A stretch of DNA of 64,000 bases from Bryobacteraceae bacterium (lineage in GTDB: Bacteria; Acidobacteriota; Terriglobia; Bryobacterales; Bryobacteraceae), in the NCBI GenBank assembly GCA_023384675.1, contig JAHDVK010000029.1, positions 3,778 to 67,777 on the forward strand. Reading direction: 5' to 3'. The notes below the pieces were generated by a model, which was not told where the DNA came from, searched no databases, and saw only the letters and a program-made list of their open reading frames with translations. Positions 53,037 to 61,068 of the stretch are shown piece by piece. Within the stretch, counting starts at the first letter, position 1; each line of letters starts with the position of its first letter. A program made the position numbers and the translations under genes.

Positions 53037-54179
53037 ATGCGACACGCCCTGCTCGCTTTCCTGCTCGTGCTCGCCTTAGGCGCGGCACCCCGCCCTTCCA
53101 CTCCGGCCTTTGAAAAGGTGACTCTCGACCTCGGCGCCTCGGAGACCGCCGCTTTTGCCGACATCAACCGCGACGGCAAGCTGGACGTCGTTTCCGGCGA
53201 AGCCTGGTATGAAGCGCCGAACTGGCGCCGGCACGCTTTTCGCGAAATCGGCTTCGAGAATCAGTATGTCGACAACTTCAGCGATCTGCCCGTTGACGTG
53301 GATGGCGACGGCTGGACCGATATCGTCAGTTGTTCCTGGTTCGCACGCAAACTCGCGTGGTGGAAAAACCCCGGCGCGGGCGCTGCCGGGCCGTGGCGCG
53401 AAACCATGATGGAAAGCGGTTTCCCGATCGAATTCTGTTTCCTGGTCGATCTGAACAACGACGGGCAGGCGCGCGAAGTGCTGCCGCAATTCGGCAATCA
53501 GAAAGCGCCGCTGAAATGGTATGAGATCCGCAATGGCGCGTTCGTGGCGCACACGGCTTCCCCCGTCAGCTACGGCCATGGCATCGGCGCGGGCGACGTG
53601 AATGGGGACGGCCGCACGGACATTCTCACGCCCAAGGGGTGGCTCGAAGCGCCGGCCGATCCACGCTCCGGCGATTGGACCCTGCACAAGGCCTGGGATC
53701 TCGGCTCCACCGGATTCATGCACGTGCTCGACATCAATGGCGACGGCCGCCCCGACGTGCTGACCTCTCTCGCGCATGATTTTGGCATCTTCTGGCTGGA
53801 AGGCCCCGCCGATCCGCGCACCGGCGAATGGAAACGCCACGCGATCGACGATTCCTGGTCGCAGGCGCACGCGCTGACGCTGACCGATCTGAATGGCGGC
53901 AAGCGCACGGGCCTGCTCACCGGCAAGCGCTACATGGCCCACAACGGCAAAGACCCGGGCGAGCGCGATCCGCTCGGCGTCTATTGGTACGAACTGCTGC
54001 CGGGCGCGCGCCCGCAGTGGGTCCGTCACATCCTCGATTATTCAACCCGGACCGGCGGCGGCATGCAGATGCCCGTTGCCGATCTGAACGGCGACGGCCG
54101 CCCCGACTTCGCCGCCCCCGGCAAGTCCGGACTGTTTCTCTTTCTTAGCCAATCCCCTGCAGGAGTATCAAAGCCATGA
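53037..54179 (+). CDS. secreted FG-GAP/VCBS repeat (integrin-alpha-like beta-propeller) protein
   Basis: The start is set at MRHALLAFLLVLALGA. It has repeated D.N.DG..D motifs (DINRDGKLDVV, DVDGDGWTDIV, DLNNDGQ, DVNGDGRTDIL, DINGDGRPDVL, DLNGDGRPDF). Confidence 0.75.
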   Translation: MRHALLAFLLVLALGAAPRPSTPAFEKVTLDLGASETAAFADINRDGKLDVVSGEAWYEAPNWRRHAFREIGFENQYVDNFSDLPVDVDGDGWTDIVSCSWFARKLAWWKNPGAGAAGPWRETMMESGFPIEFCFLVDLNNDGQAREVLPQFGNQKAPLKWYEIRNGAFVAHTASPVSYGHGIGAGDVNGDGRTDILTPKGWLEAPADPRSGDWTLHKAWDLGSTGFMHVLDINGDGRPDVLTSLAHDFGIFWLEGPADPRTGEWKRHAIDDSWSQAHALTLTDLNGGKRTGLLTGKRYMAHNGKDPGERDPLGVYWYELLPGARPQWVRHILDYSTRTGGGMQMPVADLNGDGRPDFAAPGKSGLFLFLSQSPAGVSKP

Positions 54180-55288
54180 AATCATCCCTATCCGCCTCGC
54201 GCCGTGGATTTCTGGCCGGCGCCGCCGCCGCGCCCGCCATCCTGAGCGCGCAGAGCAGTTCGAAGAAGATCCGCGTCGCCTATATTGGCGTGGGTAATCG
54301 CGGCAGCTACACGATGGGCCACACGATGAATGTGGAGGGCGTGGAAATCGCCGCCATTTGCGACCTGAATCCGGAAGCCCTGAAAAAGGCCGCCGCCGCC
54401 GCCGAGGCGAAGGGCAGCAAGCCCCGCCTGTTCGACGACTACCGCAAGATGATCGCGGAGATGAAGGACATCGACGCGATCGTCATCGCCACGCCCACCA
54501 ACGTCCACCTGCCGATGACCCTGGCCGCCCTGGAGGCGGGCAAGCACGTTTATTGCGAAAAACCCATGGGTTTCGACGAAAAAGAGTGCGATGTCATCGA
54601 AAAAGCGACGCAATCGGCGAAGGGCATCTACCAGTGCGGCTTCCAGTTGCGCCATCATCCGGGACGCAACGCCTCAGTGAAATTCGTCCTGAACGGCGGC
54701 ATCGGCAAAGTGCTCTATATGCAGGGCTACCGTCACACGAACGACCTGCCGAAGTTCATCCCCTGGCTGTTTGACCGCTCCATCTCGGGCGACAACATCG
54801 TGGAGCAGGCTTGTCATATCCTCGACCTGTTCGTGTGGGCCGTCGGCAAGCCGCCGCTGCGCGCCATGGGCTCTGGCGGCATCAACCTCTATCACAACGA
54901 CCCGCCCGGCCGTACGGTGATGGATAACTACTCGGTGATCTACGAGTTTCCCGACGACATTCGCGTCACTTTCAGCCACATTTACTTCGATCCGCCCGGC
55001 TTCTCCGGCATCAAGGAGCGCATCTACGGCTCGACGGGCGCCATCGATCTGCCCACCGCCACCTGGAAGCGCCTTGGCGAGAAGGAATCGATCCAACTTG
55101 CCGTGGATAACCCCACCGGCAACGCGGATTTCCTCAGCATGCAAAACTTCATCGAGAACGCGCGCACCGGCAGCAAGCCGCTCAACGACGCCGCAAACGC
55201 GAAACTCTCGACGCTGGTCGGTATCCTCGGCCGCAAGGCGATCCACGAGAAGCGAATCGTCACGTGGGCCGAACTGACGGGGGCGTAG
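54176..55288 (+). CDS. Tat-exported Gfo/Idh/MocA-family oxidoreductase
   Basis: It has an ATGA overlap with the preceding gene. The twin-arginine leader is SRRGFLAGAAAAPA. The Rossmann motif is VAYIGVGNRG and the EKP motif is VYCEKPM. Confidence 0.85.
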   Translation: MKSSLSASRRGFLAGAAAAPAILSAQSSSKKIRVAYIGVGNRGSYTMGHTMNVEGVEIAAICDLNPEALKKAAAAAEAKGSKPRLFDDYRKMIAEMKDIDAIVIATPTNVHLPMTLAALEAGKHVYCEKPMGFDEKECDVIEKATQSAKGIYQCGFQLRHHPGRNASVKFVLNGGIGKVLYMQGYRHTNDLPKFIPWLFDRSISGDNIVEQACHILDLFVWAVGKPPLRAMGSGGINLYHNDPPGRTVMDNYSVIYEFPDDIRVTFSHIYFDPPGFSGIKERIYGSTGAIDLPTATWKRLGEKESIQLAVDNPTGNADFLSMQNFIENARTGSKPLNDAANAKLSTLVGILGRKAIHEKRIVTWAELTGA

Positions 55289-56150
55289 CTGCCGCCTGCC
55301 TGCCGGCAACGGGCAGCGACAGCCAATCCCAGAAATAACGGCCCCGGCTTCCGGAGTTGCGCCGCAGCCCTTCGGGGAGGCTCGCGGCCCAACTCCGCAG
55401 GGAGCCGTGCGAAGGCTCATAGAACTGATCACGCCCGTTCTGCCGCCACAGCACCATGCTGTGGACCCACTCCGCGGGCACGTAGCCAAAGTGGCGCCGC
55501 AACACCGCCATTCCTTCCTCGAAGGCCTGGCCGCGATTGCCCAGTGTCTTGTTGGCGCGGTGCATCCGAGAGCGCGCCCAATCCTCGGGCACATGAACGA
55601 ACGGCCCCACGCGCGCGAGCCGGATCCAGAGATCGTAATCGAAAGCCGACCCCCAAGCCGGATCGATCCCCCCCGCCTGCCGGTAGGCGTCCGCCCGGAA
55701 GAAGCACGCCGGCTGGCAGATGCCGCACACCTTGTGGAACCGGGCGGCGGCCTCGCGTTCGGTGGGATAGGGCCGGATTAGCGCCCCCTCCTCGGTGGTC
55801 CAGTGGGCTTGGCCATACACAGCCACCGCTTCCGGATGCGCCTGGAACGCGGCCACCGCGGCTTCCACCGCGCCCGGCAGCAGCAGATCGTCGGCATTCA
55901 GCCAGCCCAGGATCGAGCCGCGCGCCTCGGCGAAGCCCAACTGCAGCGCCGCCGCCGCGCCGTCATCCGGCTCGGAGCGCCAAGCGACCCGCTCCCCATG
56001 GCCGCGCAGCAATTCCACCGTGTCATCGGTGGAACCGCCATCCAAGACCCTGTACTCGACTTGGGCGTAAGTCTGCGTGAGCACGCTTTCGATCGTCTCC
56101 CCGAGGAAACGCGCCATGTTGTACGATGGCGTGACGATGGAAACCAGCAT
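55260..56150 (-). CDS. family-2 glycosyltransferase
   Basis: MLVSIVTPSYNMARFLGETIESVLTQTY...DGGSTD...NADD are classic GT2 motifs. The ATG at 56150 is preferred over the GTG at 56156. It overlaps the convergent oxidoreductase gene by 29 nt. Confidence 0.8.
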   Translation of the reverse strand: MLVSIVTPSYNMARFLGETIESVLTQTYAQVEYRVLDGGSTDDTVELLRGHGERVAWRSEPDDGAAAALQLGFAEARGSILGWLNADDLLLPGAVEAAVAAFQAHPEAVAVYGQAHWTTEEGALIRPYPTEREAAARFHKVCGICQPACFFRADAYRQAGGIDPAWGSAFDYDLWIRLARVGPFVHVPEDWARSRMHRANKTLGNRGQAFEEGMAVLRRHFGYVPAEWVHSMVLWRQNGRDQFYEPSHGSLRSWAASLPEGLRRNSGSRGRYFWDWLSLPVAGRQAAATPPSVRPT

Positions 56151-56205
56151 GCCCACGCGCTCATGCTAACATTCGCCTAAGCTTGTTCGCCGCCTTCGCA
56201 ATGGC

Positions 56206-57540
56206 ATGAACGCATTACAGAACATAGGCGACATCCGGATGCCCGAAACGCTTTCCCTGGTCCTCATCGACCTCACGCCGCTCCGCCCCGGGGGCGAAAA
56301 CGGCGGCGCGAAACCGCTGACCATGGAGCTGATTCGGGCCTTCGCGCGGCTCTCTCCCCGGACGAACTTCATCCTGCTGACGGCCGCGTGCGCACATGAA
56401 GAGCTTGCCGCCCTGGATGCGCCGAACGTGCGGCGTTTGTGTGTCTCCAAGCGCCAGGACGGGCGGCACCCGTTGGCCGCCGAAGTGGAATCGAGCGCGT
56501 GGCGCTGGAAGGCGCGCGCCGTCAGACTGTTGCCGGAGAAGGTTCACCATTACCTGCGTGTTCCGCTTGAAACCGTGCTGCCCGCGCTGCAGCGGCGCCG
56601 GGTGACGCTCGATGGCCGGCCCGACCTGCTTTTCTGCCCGTTCACAGCGCCCGTCTTCCACCGCCCGCCCGTGCCCACCGTGAGCGTGGTTCACGATTTG
56701 CAGTTCACGGACTACCCCGGCTTTTTTCCGCTGCATGAGCAGTGGGTGCGGAATCGCCATTTCCGCCGGGTTCGCTCGCTGGGCCGGATGATCATCTGCC
56801 ACAGCGGCTATGTCCGGTCGCGCATCCAGGCGCTCGATCCGGCGGCTCCAGAGATCGTCGTAATCCCCCCTGCCATCCATGCGCGCCTGCCCCAGCTTAC
56901 GTCCGGCCGCAGCGCGGAATGCCTGGATCGCCTCGGGCTGAGCGGAGCTTCCTTCCTGCTTTATCCCGCGAATTTCTGGCCGCACAAAAACCACGAGAAT
57001 CTGCTTCATGCTTTCGCGCTCTTCCGCCAGCGCCGGCCGGGCGCGCCGCTTCGCCTCGTCCTAACCGGCGAAGCCGGCGGGCGCGGCGGCGTCATCCGGA
57101 ACCTGATTCAGGAGTTGAGCCTCACGGGCGCGGTGCTGCTGCCCGGCTTCGTGGAAGACGAAGTCCTCTCTGCCCTGATGCAGAATTGCATGGCGCTGAT
57201 TTTTCCCTCGCTCTACGAGGGCTACGGCATGCCTGTGATCGAAGCCATGCATTACGCGCGGCCGGTGCTCTGCTCGAACCGTACCTCGCTGCCCGAGGTC
57301 GCCGGCGGCGCGGCGCTCGAATTCGATCCCGGCTCGCCCGAGGCCATCGCGGATGCTATCGAAGCGCTCTGGAGCCAGCCCTCATTGGCCGCCGATCTGG
57401 TACGGCGCTCGCGGGAGAGAGCCGCCGCCGCACCCGCATTGGAAGAGATGGCGAGGCGCTACCTGGAAGCCTTCCAACGCGCGGCCGGCTGCGCTACCGG
57501 CGAACCGGCGCTTACGGCGCCACCGGTTCGTGGGCGGTGA
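56206..57540 (+). CDS. family-4 (GT-B, GT1 clan) glycosyltransferase
   Basis: The C-terminal domain has ...LVLTGEAGGRG..., FPSLYEGYGMPVIEAM (E-x7-E motif) and SLPEVAG. Confidence 0.8.
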   Translation: MNALQNIGDIRMPETLSLVLIDLTPLRPGGENGGAKPLTMELIRAFARLSPRTNFILLTAACAHEELAALDAPNVRRLCVSKRQDGRHPLAAEVESSAWRWKARAVRLLPEKVHHYLRVPLETVLPALQRRRVTLDGRPDLLFCPFTAPVFHRPPVPTVSVVHDLQFTDYPGFFPLHEQWVRNRHFRRVRSLGRMIICHSGYVRSRIQALDPAAPEIVVIPPAIHARLPQLTSGRSAECLDRLGLSGASFLLYPANFWPHKNHENLLHAFALFRQRRPGAPLRLVLTGEAGGRGGVIRNLIQELSLTGAVLLPGFVEDEVLSALMQNCMALIFPSLYEGYGMPVIEAMHYARPVLCSNRTSLPEVAGGAALEFDPGSPEAIADAIEALWSQPSLAADLVRRSRERAAAAPALEEMARRYLEAFQRAAGCATGEPALTAPPVRGR

Positions 57541-57646
57541 GTTCATATTCGCGCATTGCGCTGAGGTAGGCTGGCGAAGCGGGCAGCGCATCCGAGGCCA
57601 ACGCCGCGAACCGGACCGCGAAAATCAGCAGCAAGGCAGACCGCAT
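57512..57646 (-). CDS. candidate 44-aa secreted peptide (hypothetical)
   Basis: It is below the track cutoff. The sequence is MRSALLLIFAVRFAALASDALPASPAYLSAMREYELTAHEPVAP*, with a signal-peptide-like N-terminus and high GC3. It lies 51 nt downstream of the 57698 gene on the same strand. No clear SD. Confidence 0.3.
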   Translation of the reverse strand: MRSALLLIFAVRFAALASDALPASPAYLSAMREYELTAHEPVAP

Positions 57647-57697
57647 CCGATGATTCTAGCGGATATTTTTCAAATCAGCGGCCATCCCGCCCCGTTC

Positions 57698-58618
57698 TCA
57701 CAGCACGCTCTGGAGCACCGCATCGCCCGCGAATTCAGTAGCCAGAGGCTCCGCCCAGTCGCCACTGGTCAGCCTGGCGAGCGACGTCCTCACGTCGGCC
57801 ACCGTGAACTCCGGGGCATGGGCTTGGGGTTCGATGGCGGATTCCAGCGGGGCTAACTGCCGCAAGGCTTCCAGCGACACTTCGTCGAGGTTCTGTTTCA
57901 CCTTGCGATACCAGTAGGCGTGGGTGAACCAGATCATCGAGCGGGTGCGCGGGGCGAAGTCGATCATGGCCAGGCCCGCGCCCAACTCCGCCGTCAAGTT
58001 CAGAAAGCGAAATAGCCCCATCCAGGCCGAATCCGCGAGCGCGGGGCGCTCAAGCCGCCGCGCGGCCGGGTCCTTCAGCTCATGCACGAGATGACCAATG
58101 CGGTAGCCGCCGAACGAGAAGTCGTCCATCAGCTTCAGAAACAGATCGAGCAGCGGATCGTCATTGAAGCGCGCCGCCAGGGCCGAATACCACTGGAAGA
58201 CGCCGAACGATTGCTCATCGCTCATCTGTTCCGCGGGCAGGTCCCGCTTGCCGAGCAGATGGAGCCGTAACAGATGCGGCGGCAGCATCGGGTAATAATC
58301 CGCGTAGTAGCGGCGCAGCGCATCCGCGTCCAGGACATCCAGAACCTCGCGCCCGATCGCGTCTCCCGCATCGAAGCGGGCGTAGCCGCAGACCTGTGCG
58401 ACGGCCAGTTCACACAGCGAGCCAACCGCCAGATCGGCCTCTGTGCGTGCGTCGATCTCCTCGCGGCGGCCGATGGGCTCGACGGCATGGTCGCGCAGCA
58501 GTCGCGCCTGCGTCTCGGGCGGCCAGGACCGCAGCCGCTCCAAAGTCGCCGCCACCGCGGGGCGCGCCCGGATGGCCCGCCAGAGGAATTCGGTTTGCGC
58601 CGCCGGATCGAAGCTCAT
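57698..58618 (-). CDS. hypothetical helical protein, no recognised family
   Basis: 306-aa ORF with good GC3. Its start sits in an ATGA overlap with the upstream hydrolase stop. No motif was recognised. Confidence 0.6.
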   Translation of the reverse strand: MSFDPAAQTEFLWRAIRARPAVAATLERLRSWPPETQARLLRDHAVEPIGRREEIDARTEADLAVGSLCELAVAQVCGYARFDAGDAIGREVLDVLDADALRRYYADYYPMLPPHLLRLHLLGKRDLPAEQMSDEQSFGVFQWYSALAARFNDDPLLDLFLKLMDDFSFGGYRIGHLVHELKDPAARRLERPALADSAWMGLFRFLNLTAELGAGLAMIDFAPRTRSMIWFTHAYWYRKVKQNLDEVSLEALRQLAPLESAIEPQAHAPEFTVADVRTSLARLTSGDWAEPLATEFAGDAVLQSVL

Positions 58619-59445
58619 AACAGATCCTCCAGCAGCTTCACTTGCCGGTCGCTGAGCGATGTGGGCTTGCAGACGTTTTCGTGGTCGGTGTCCGGCAGCG
58701 CGAGCGGCGGCGGATCCTGGCCGAACGGCACATTACTCACGACGATTTCGCGTTCGGCGATCACCACATGTGACGGCGCGAGATACTTCGCTCCCGCTTC
58801 AAGCGCGCGGCAGGTGCGCTCCTCCAGCGTGCGGATCACCGGCGAATCCGGCCGCAGCTCACGGATCAAGGGGAAGCCCGCCGTGGCCCCGGCGAGCAAC
58901 GCCTTCGCCCAGGAAAACGCTCCCAGCGCCTGGGACGCCAACTGGTGCAACTCGCTGCCGGAATGCGCCGGCGCAAACAGGATGAAGCGGAGCTTCGAAC
59001 ACCAGCCGCACTGCCTTTCATGCGCCTGTACCAGCGCCCAGCGCGTCACCACCGCCCCGAGCGAATGCGCCGCCACCACGATGCGGTCATAGCCCTTGGC
59101 GCGCTTGCCCTGGTCTTGCTGTAAAACGACCGGCGCGAGCAGCCTCTCCGGGTTCGTCCCCAGTTCATCCAGCAGGCCGAAAAGGAAGCTCGCCGCCGCG
59201 AGCGTGTTCGACTTGAATCCGTCGTAGCCGAAAAAGAACAGGTCGGCCTTGCCGAACTGCCCGGCCTGCGGAAGCAGCTGGTCGAAGTTCCTCCAGGTCT
59301 GCAGCGCATCGCCGGTGAAGCCGTGGACGAACACGACGGCATGGCGCGGCGGCTGAATCGCGGCGATCACCTTGGACCGGCGATGCCCGGGCACATCGGC
59401 CAGCCCTCGGTGATGCTGCCATAATGCGAGTCCCAGTGTGGACAT
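58615..59445 (-). CDS. cytoplasmic alpha/beta hydrolase (lipase/esterase-like, DUF676/PGAP1-like flavour)
   Basis: It has the oxyanion region VVFVHGFTGD and the nucleophile elbow AHSLGA. A C-terminal DTDHE is a candidate Asp/His. No signal peptide. Confidence 0.7.
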   Translation of the reverse strand: MSTLGLALWQHHRGLADVPGHRRSKVIAAIQPPRHAVVFVHGFTGDALQTWRNFDQLLPQAGQFGKADLFFFGYDGFKSNTLAAASFLFGLLDELGTNPERLLAPVVLQQDQGKRAKGYDRIVVAAHSLGAVVTRWALVQAHERQCGWCSKLRFILFAPAHSGSELHQLASQALGAFSWAKALLAGATAGFPLIRELRPDSPVIRTLEERTCRALEAGAKYLAPSHVVIAEREIVVSNVPFGQDPPPLALPDTDHENVCKPTSLSDRQVKLLEDLL

Positions 59446-59467
59446 GGGGTCTCCCTTCCCGTTTGCG

Positions 59468-60298
59468 CTATTTGGCGGGCGCCGCGCCCAGCCAGCCCAT
59501 GCGCGTCATCCATTCCTCCAGCAATTGCGTCCACCGGTCCGAAGCTTTGCCCTTCACGTTCATGCCGAAACCGTGGCCGCCGTCGGCGAAGACGTGGATC
59601 TCCGCAGGCCGGTTCGCCTTCTTCCAGTTCGCCGCCAGGCCCAGGGCGGTTTCCACCATCCGCTCGCTGTCGTCGAACGCCACGGCGGTAAACAGCGGCG
59701 GCGCGTCGCCCGCGACCCGGTACTCGCCCGCCAAGCCGGTGTAGATGGGCATCGCAAAATCGGGCCGCGCCTCCGGCGGCGCCTGCGTGGTAACGCCGAC
59801 AGTAAGCGCGCCGCCCGCCGAAAAGCCCATCAGCCCGATGCGGTCCGGCCGGATCTGCCATTCGGCCGCGCGCCCGCGCACGAGTCTCATCGCCGCGATG
59901 CCATCTTCCACGGCGGCCTTCAAGCGCAGTTCGCGGCTGTTTTCCATCGTTTCTCCAGGCCGGGGGCCCACTCGGTAGCGCAGGACAAACGCCGTCACGC
60001 CGCGTTGGTTGAACCACCGCGCCACGTCGCGCCCTTCATGCTCGATCGCCAGGATGTTGAAACCGCCGCCCGGCGCGATCACCACCGCCGTGCCGTTCGG
60101 CCGCAGCACCGGATACACCTCCAGCGCGGGCCGCTGCACATTGCGGACCCATTTCTCCGACGCGCTCTTTGCGTGCTGATTATCGGCCGGCGGCGTGTAC
60201 CATTCCTCGCCCGCCGGCAGGTCCGGCCGGACCACGATCTCCTGCTGCGCCGCCGCTACAGCGGCGAGCGCGAAAAAGCTGAGGAATGCGCGTTGCAT
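59468..60298 (-). CDS. secreted alpha/beta hydrolase (acetyl-esterase / dienelactone-hydrolase-like)
   Basis: It has a signal peptide (FLSFFALAAVAAAQ), APGGGF, the nucleophile elbow GFSAGG and a C-terminal GGHGF. Confidence 0.75.
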   Translation of the reverse strand: MQRAFLSFFALAAVAAAQQEIVVRPDLPAGEEWYTPPADNQHAKSASEKWVRNVQRPALEVYPVLRPNGTAVVIAPGGGFNILAIEHEGRDVARWFNQRGVTAFVLRYRVGPRPGETMENSRELRLKAAVEDGIAAMRLVRGRAAEWQIRPDRIGLMGFSAGGALTVGVTTQAPPEARPDFAMPIYTGLAGEYRVAGDAPPLFTAVAFDDSERMVETALGLAANWKKANRPAEIHVFADGGHGFGMNVKGKASDRWTQLLEEWMTRMGWLGAAPAK

Positions 60299-60378
60299 GG
60301 CTGGATTTTAGCGCAAAAACGGCTGCAAATTATAAAAAAAGAGGGCAAAGTGCGCCTCTCCGCCGCGAACTTGCGGCG

Positions 60379-60906
60379 TTACCAGATGTTGCCCGCTCCG
60401 GGGGTATAGGTCGACGCGACCACCGTGGTGGCGATCAACGTGTCGCACTTCACCACGCCTGTGAATTTCGACATGGCGGCTGCGGCGTTCAAGGCGCCCG
60501 CGTTGAGCGTGAGCGTCGCGGTCTGCAATTGGATCTTGGCGGCGCCCGCGAGGGTGAGGCTCCCCTGCCCCATGCTCAACGAATTGCCGGAGGAGTCCTT
60601 CACCACCGTTCCCTGATTTCCGCCCTCCAAAACGAGTTGCCGCGCGGCGTGAAGCCTGATGGAGCCGGCCGAGCGCAACTCCACGTCTCCACCGGCGTCC
60701 ACATGCAGCGCGCCATCCAGTTTGATCACCTGAGCTTCGAGCTGAGCGATCCGCTTCATTGCATCCAGCAGCTTGGCGTAAACCTCCCCAATGCCCGGCG
60801 CGGCCACGTTGACGGACGCCCCGGGACCACTCTGGGCCGGTTGCCCTTTGGAGGGCGTCATTGGCGAAAACCAAGGGTTGTTATCCATACGGAAAGAATA
60901 ATGCAT
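60379..60906 (-). CDS. coiled-coil + beta-helix-repeat fibre/needle-like protein (gp5/VgrG-C-terminal-like by pattern only)
   Basis: The track ORF starts at the GTG at 60912; the ATG at 60906 has GGACGG upstream. The heptad segment EVYAKLLDAMKRIAQLEAQVIKL is followed by short beta repeats (VELRSAGSIRLHAARQLVLEG, LSMGQGSLTLAGAAKIQLQTATLTLNAGA). It ends ..VVASTYTPGAGNIW. Confidence 0.55.
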   Translation of the reverse strand: MHYSFRMDNNPWFSPMTPSKGQPAQSGPGASVNVAAPGIGEVYAKLLDAMKRIAQLEAQVIKLDGALHVDAGGDVELRSAGSIRLHAARQLVLEGGNQGTVVKDSSGNSLSMGQGSLTLAGAAKIQLQTATLTLNAGALNAAAAMSKFTGVVKCDTLIATTVVASTYTPGAGNIW

Positions 60907-61068
60907 ATTCACCGTCCGATCCAGGTGATTGGGCCATCCCGAGACGTGACCGGTCTGCTGGGCTTGCCGCTATTCAGGCCTCCCGGAAGTGGTAAGGACG
61001 TTACCCTAACCCGCTGTCCCTGCGAATTTGGCCTACAGAAAAGGGGAAGAGAAGCCGAATAGAAGTGC

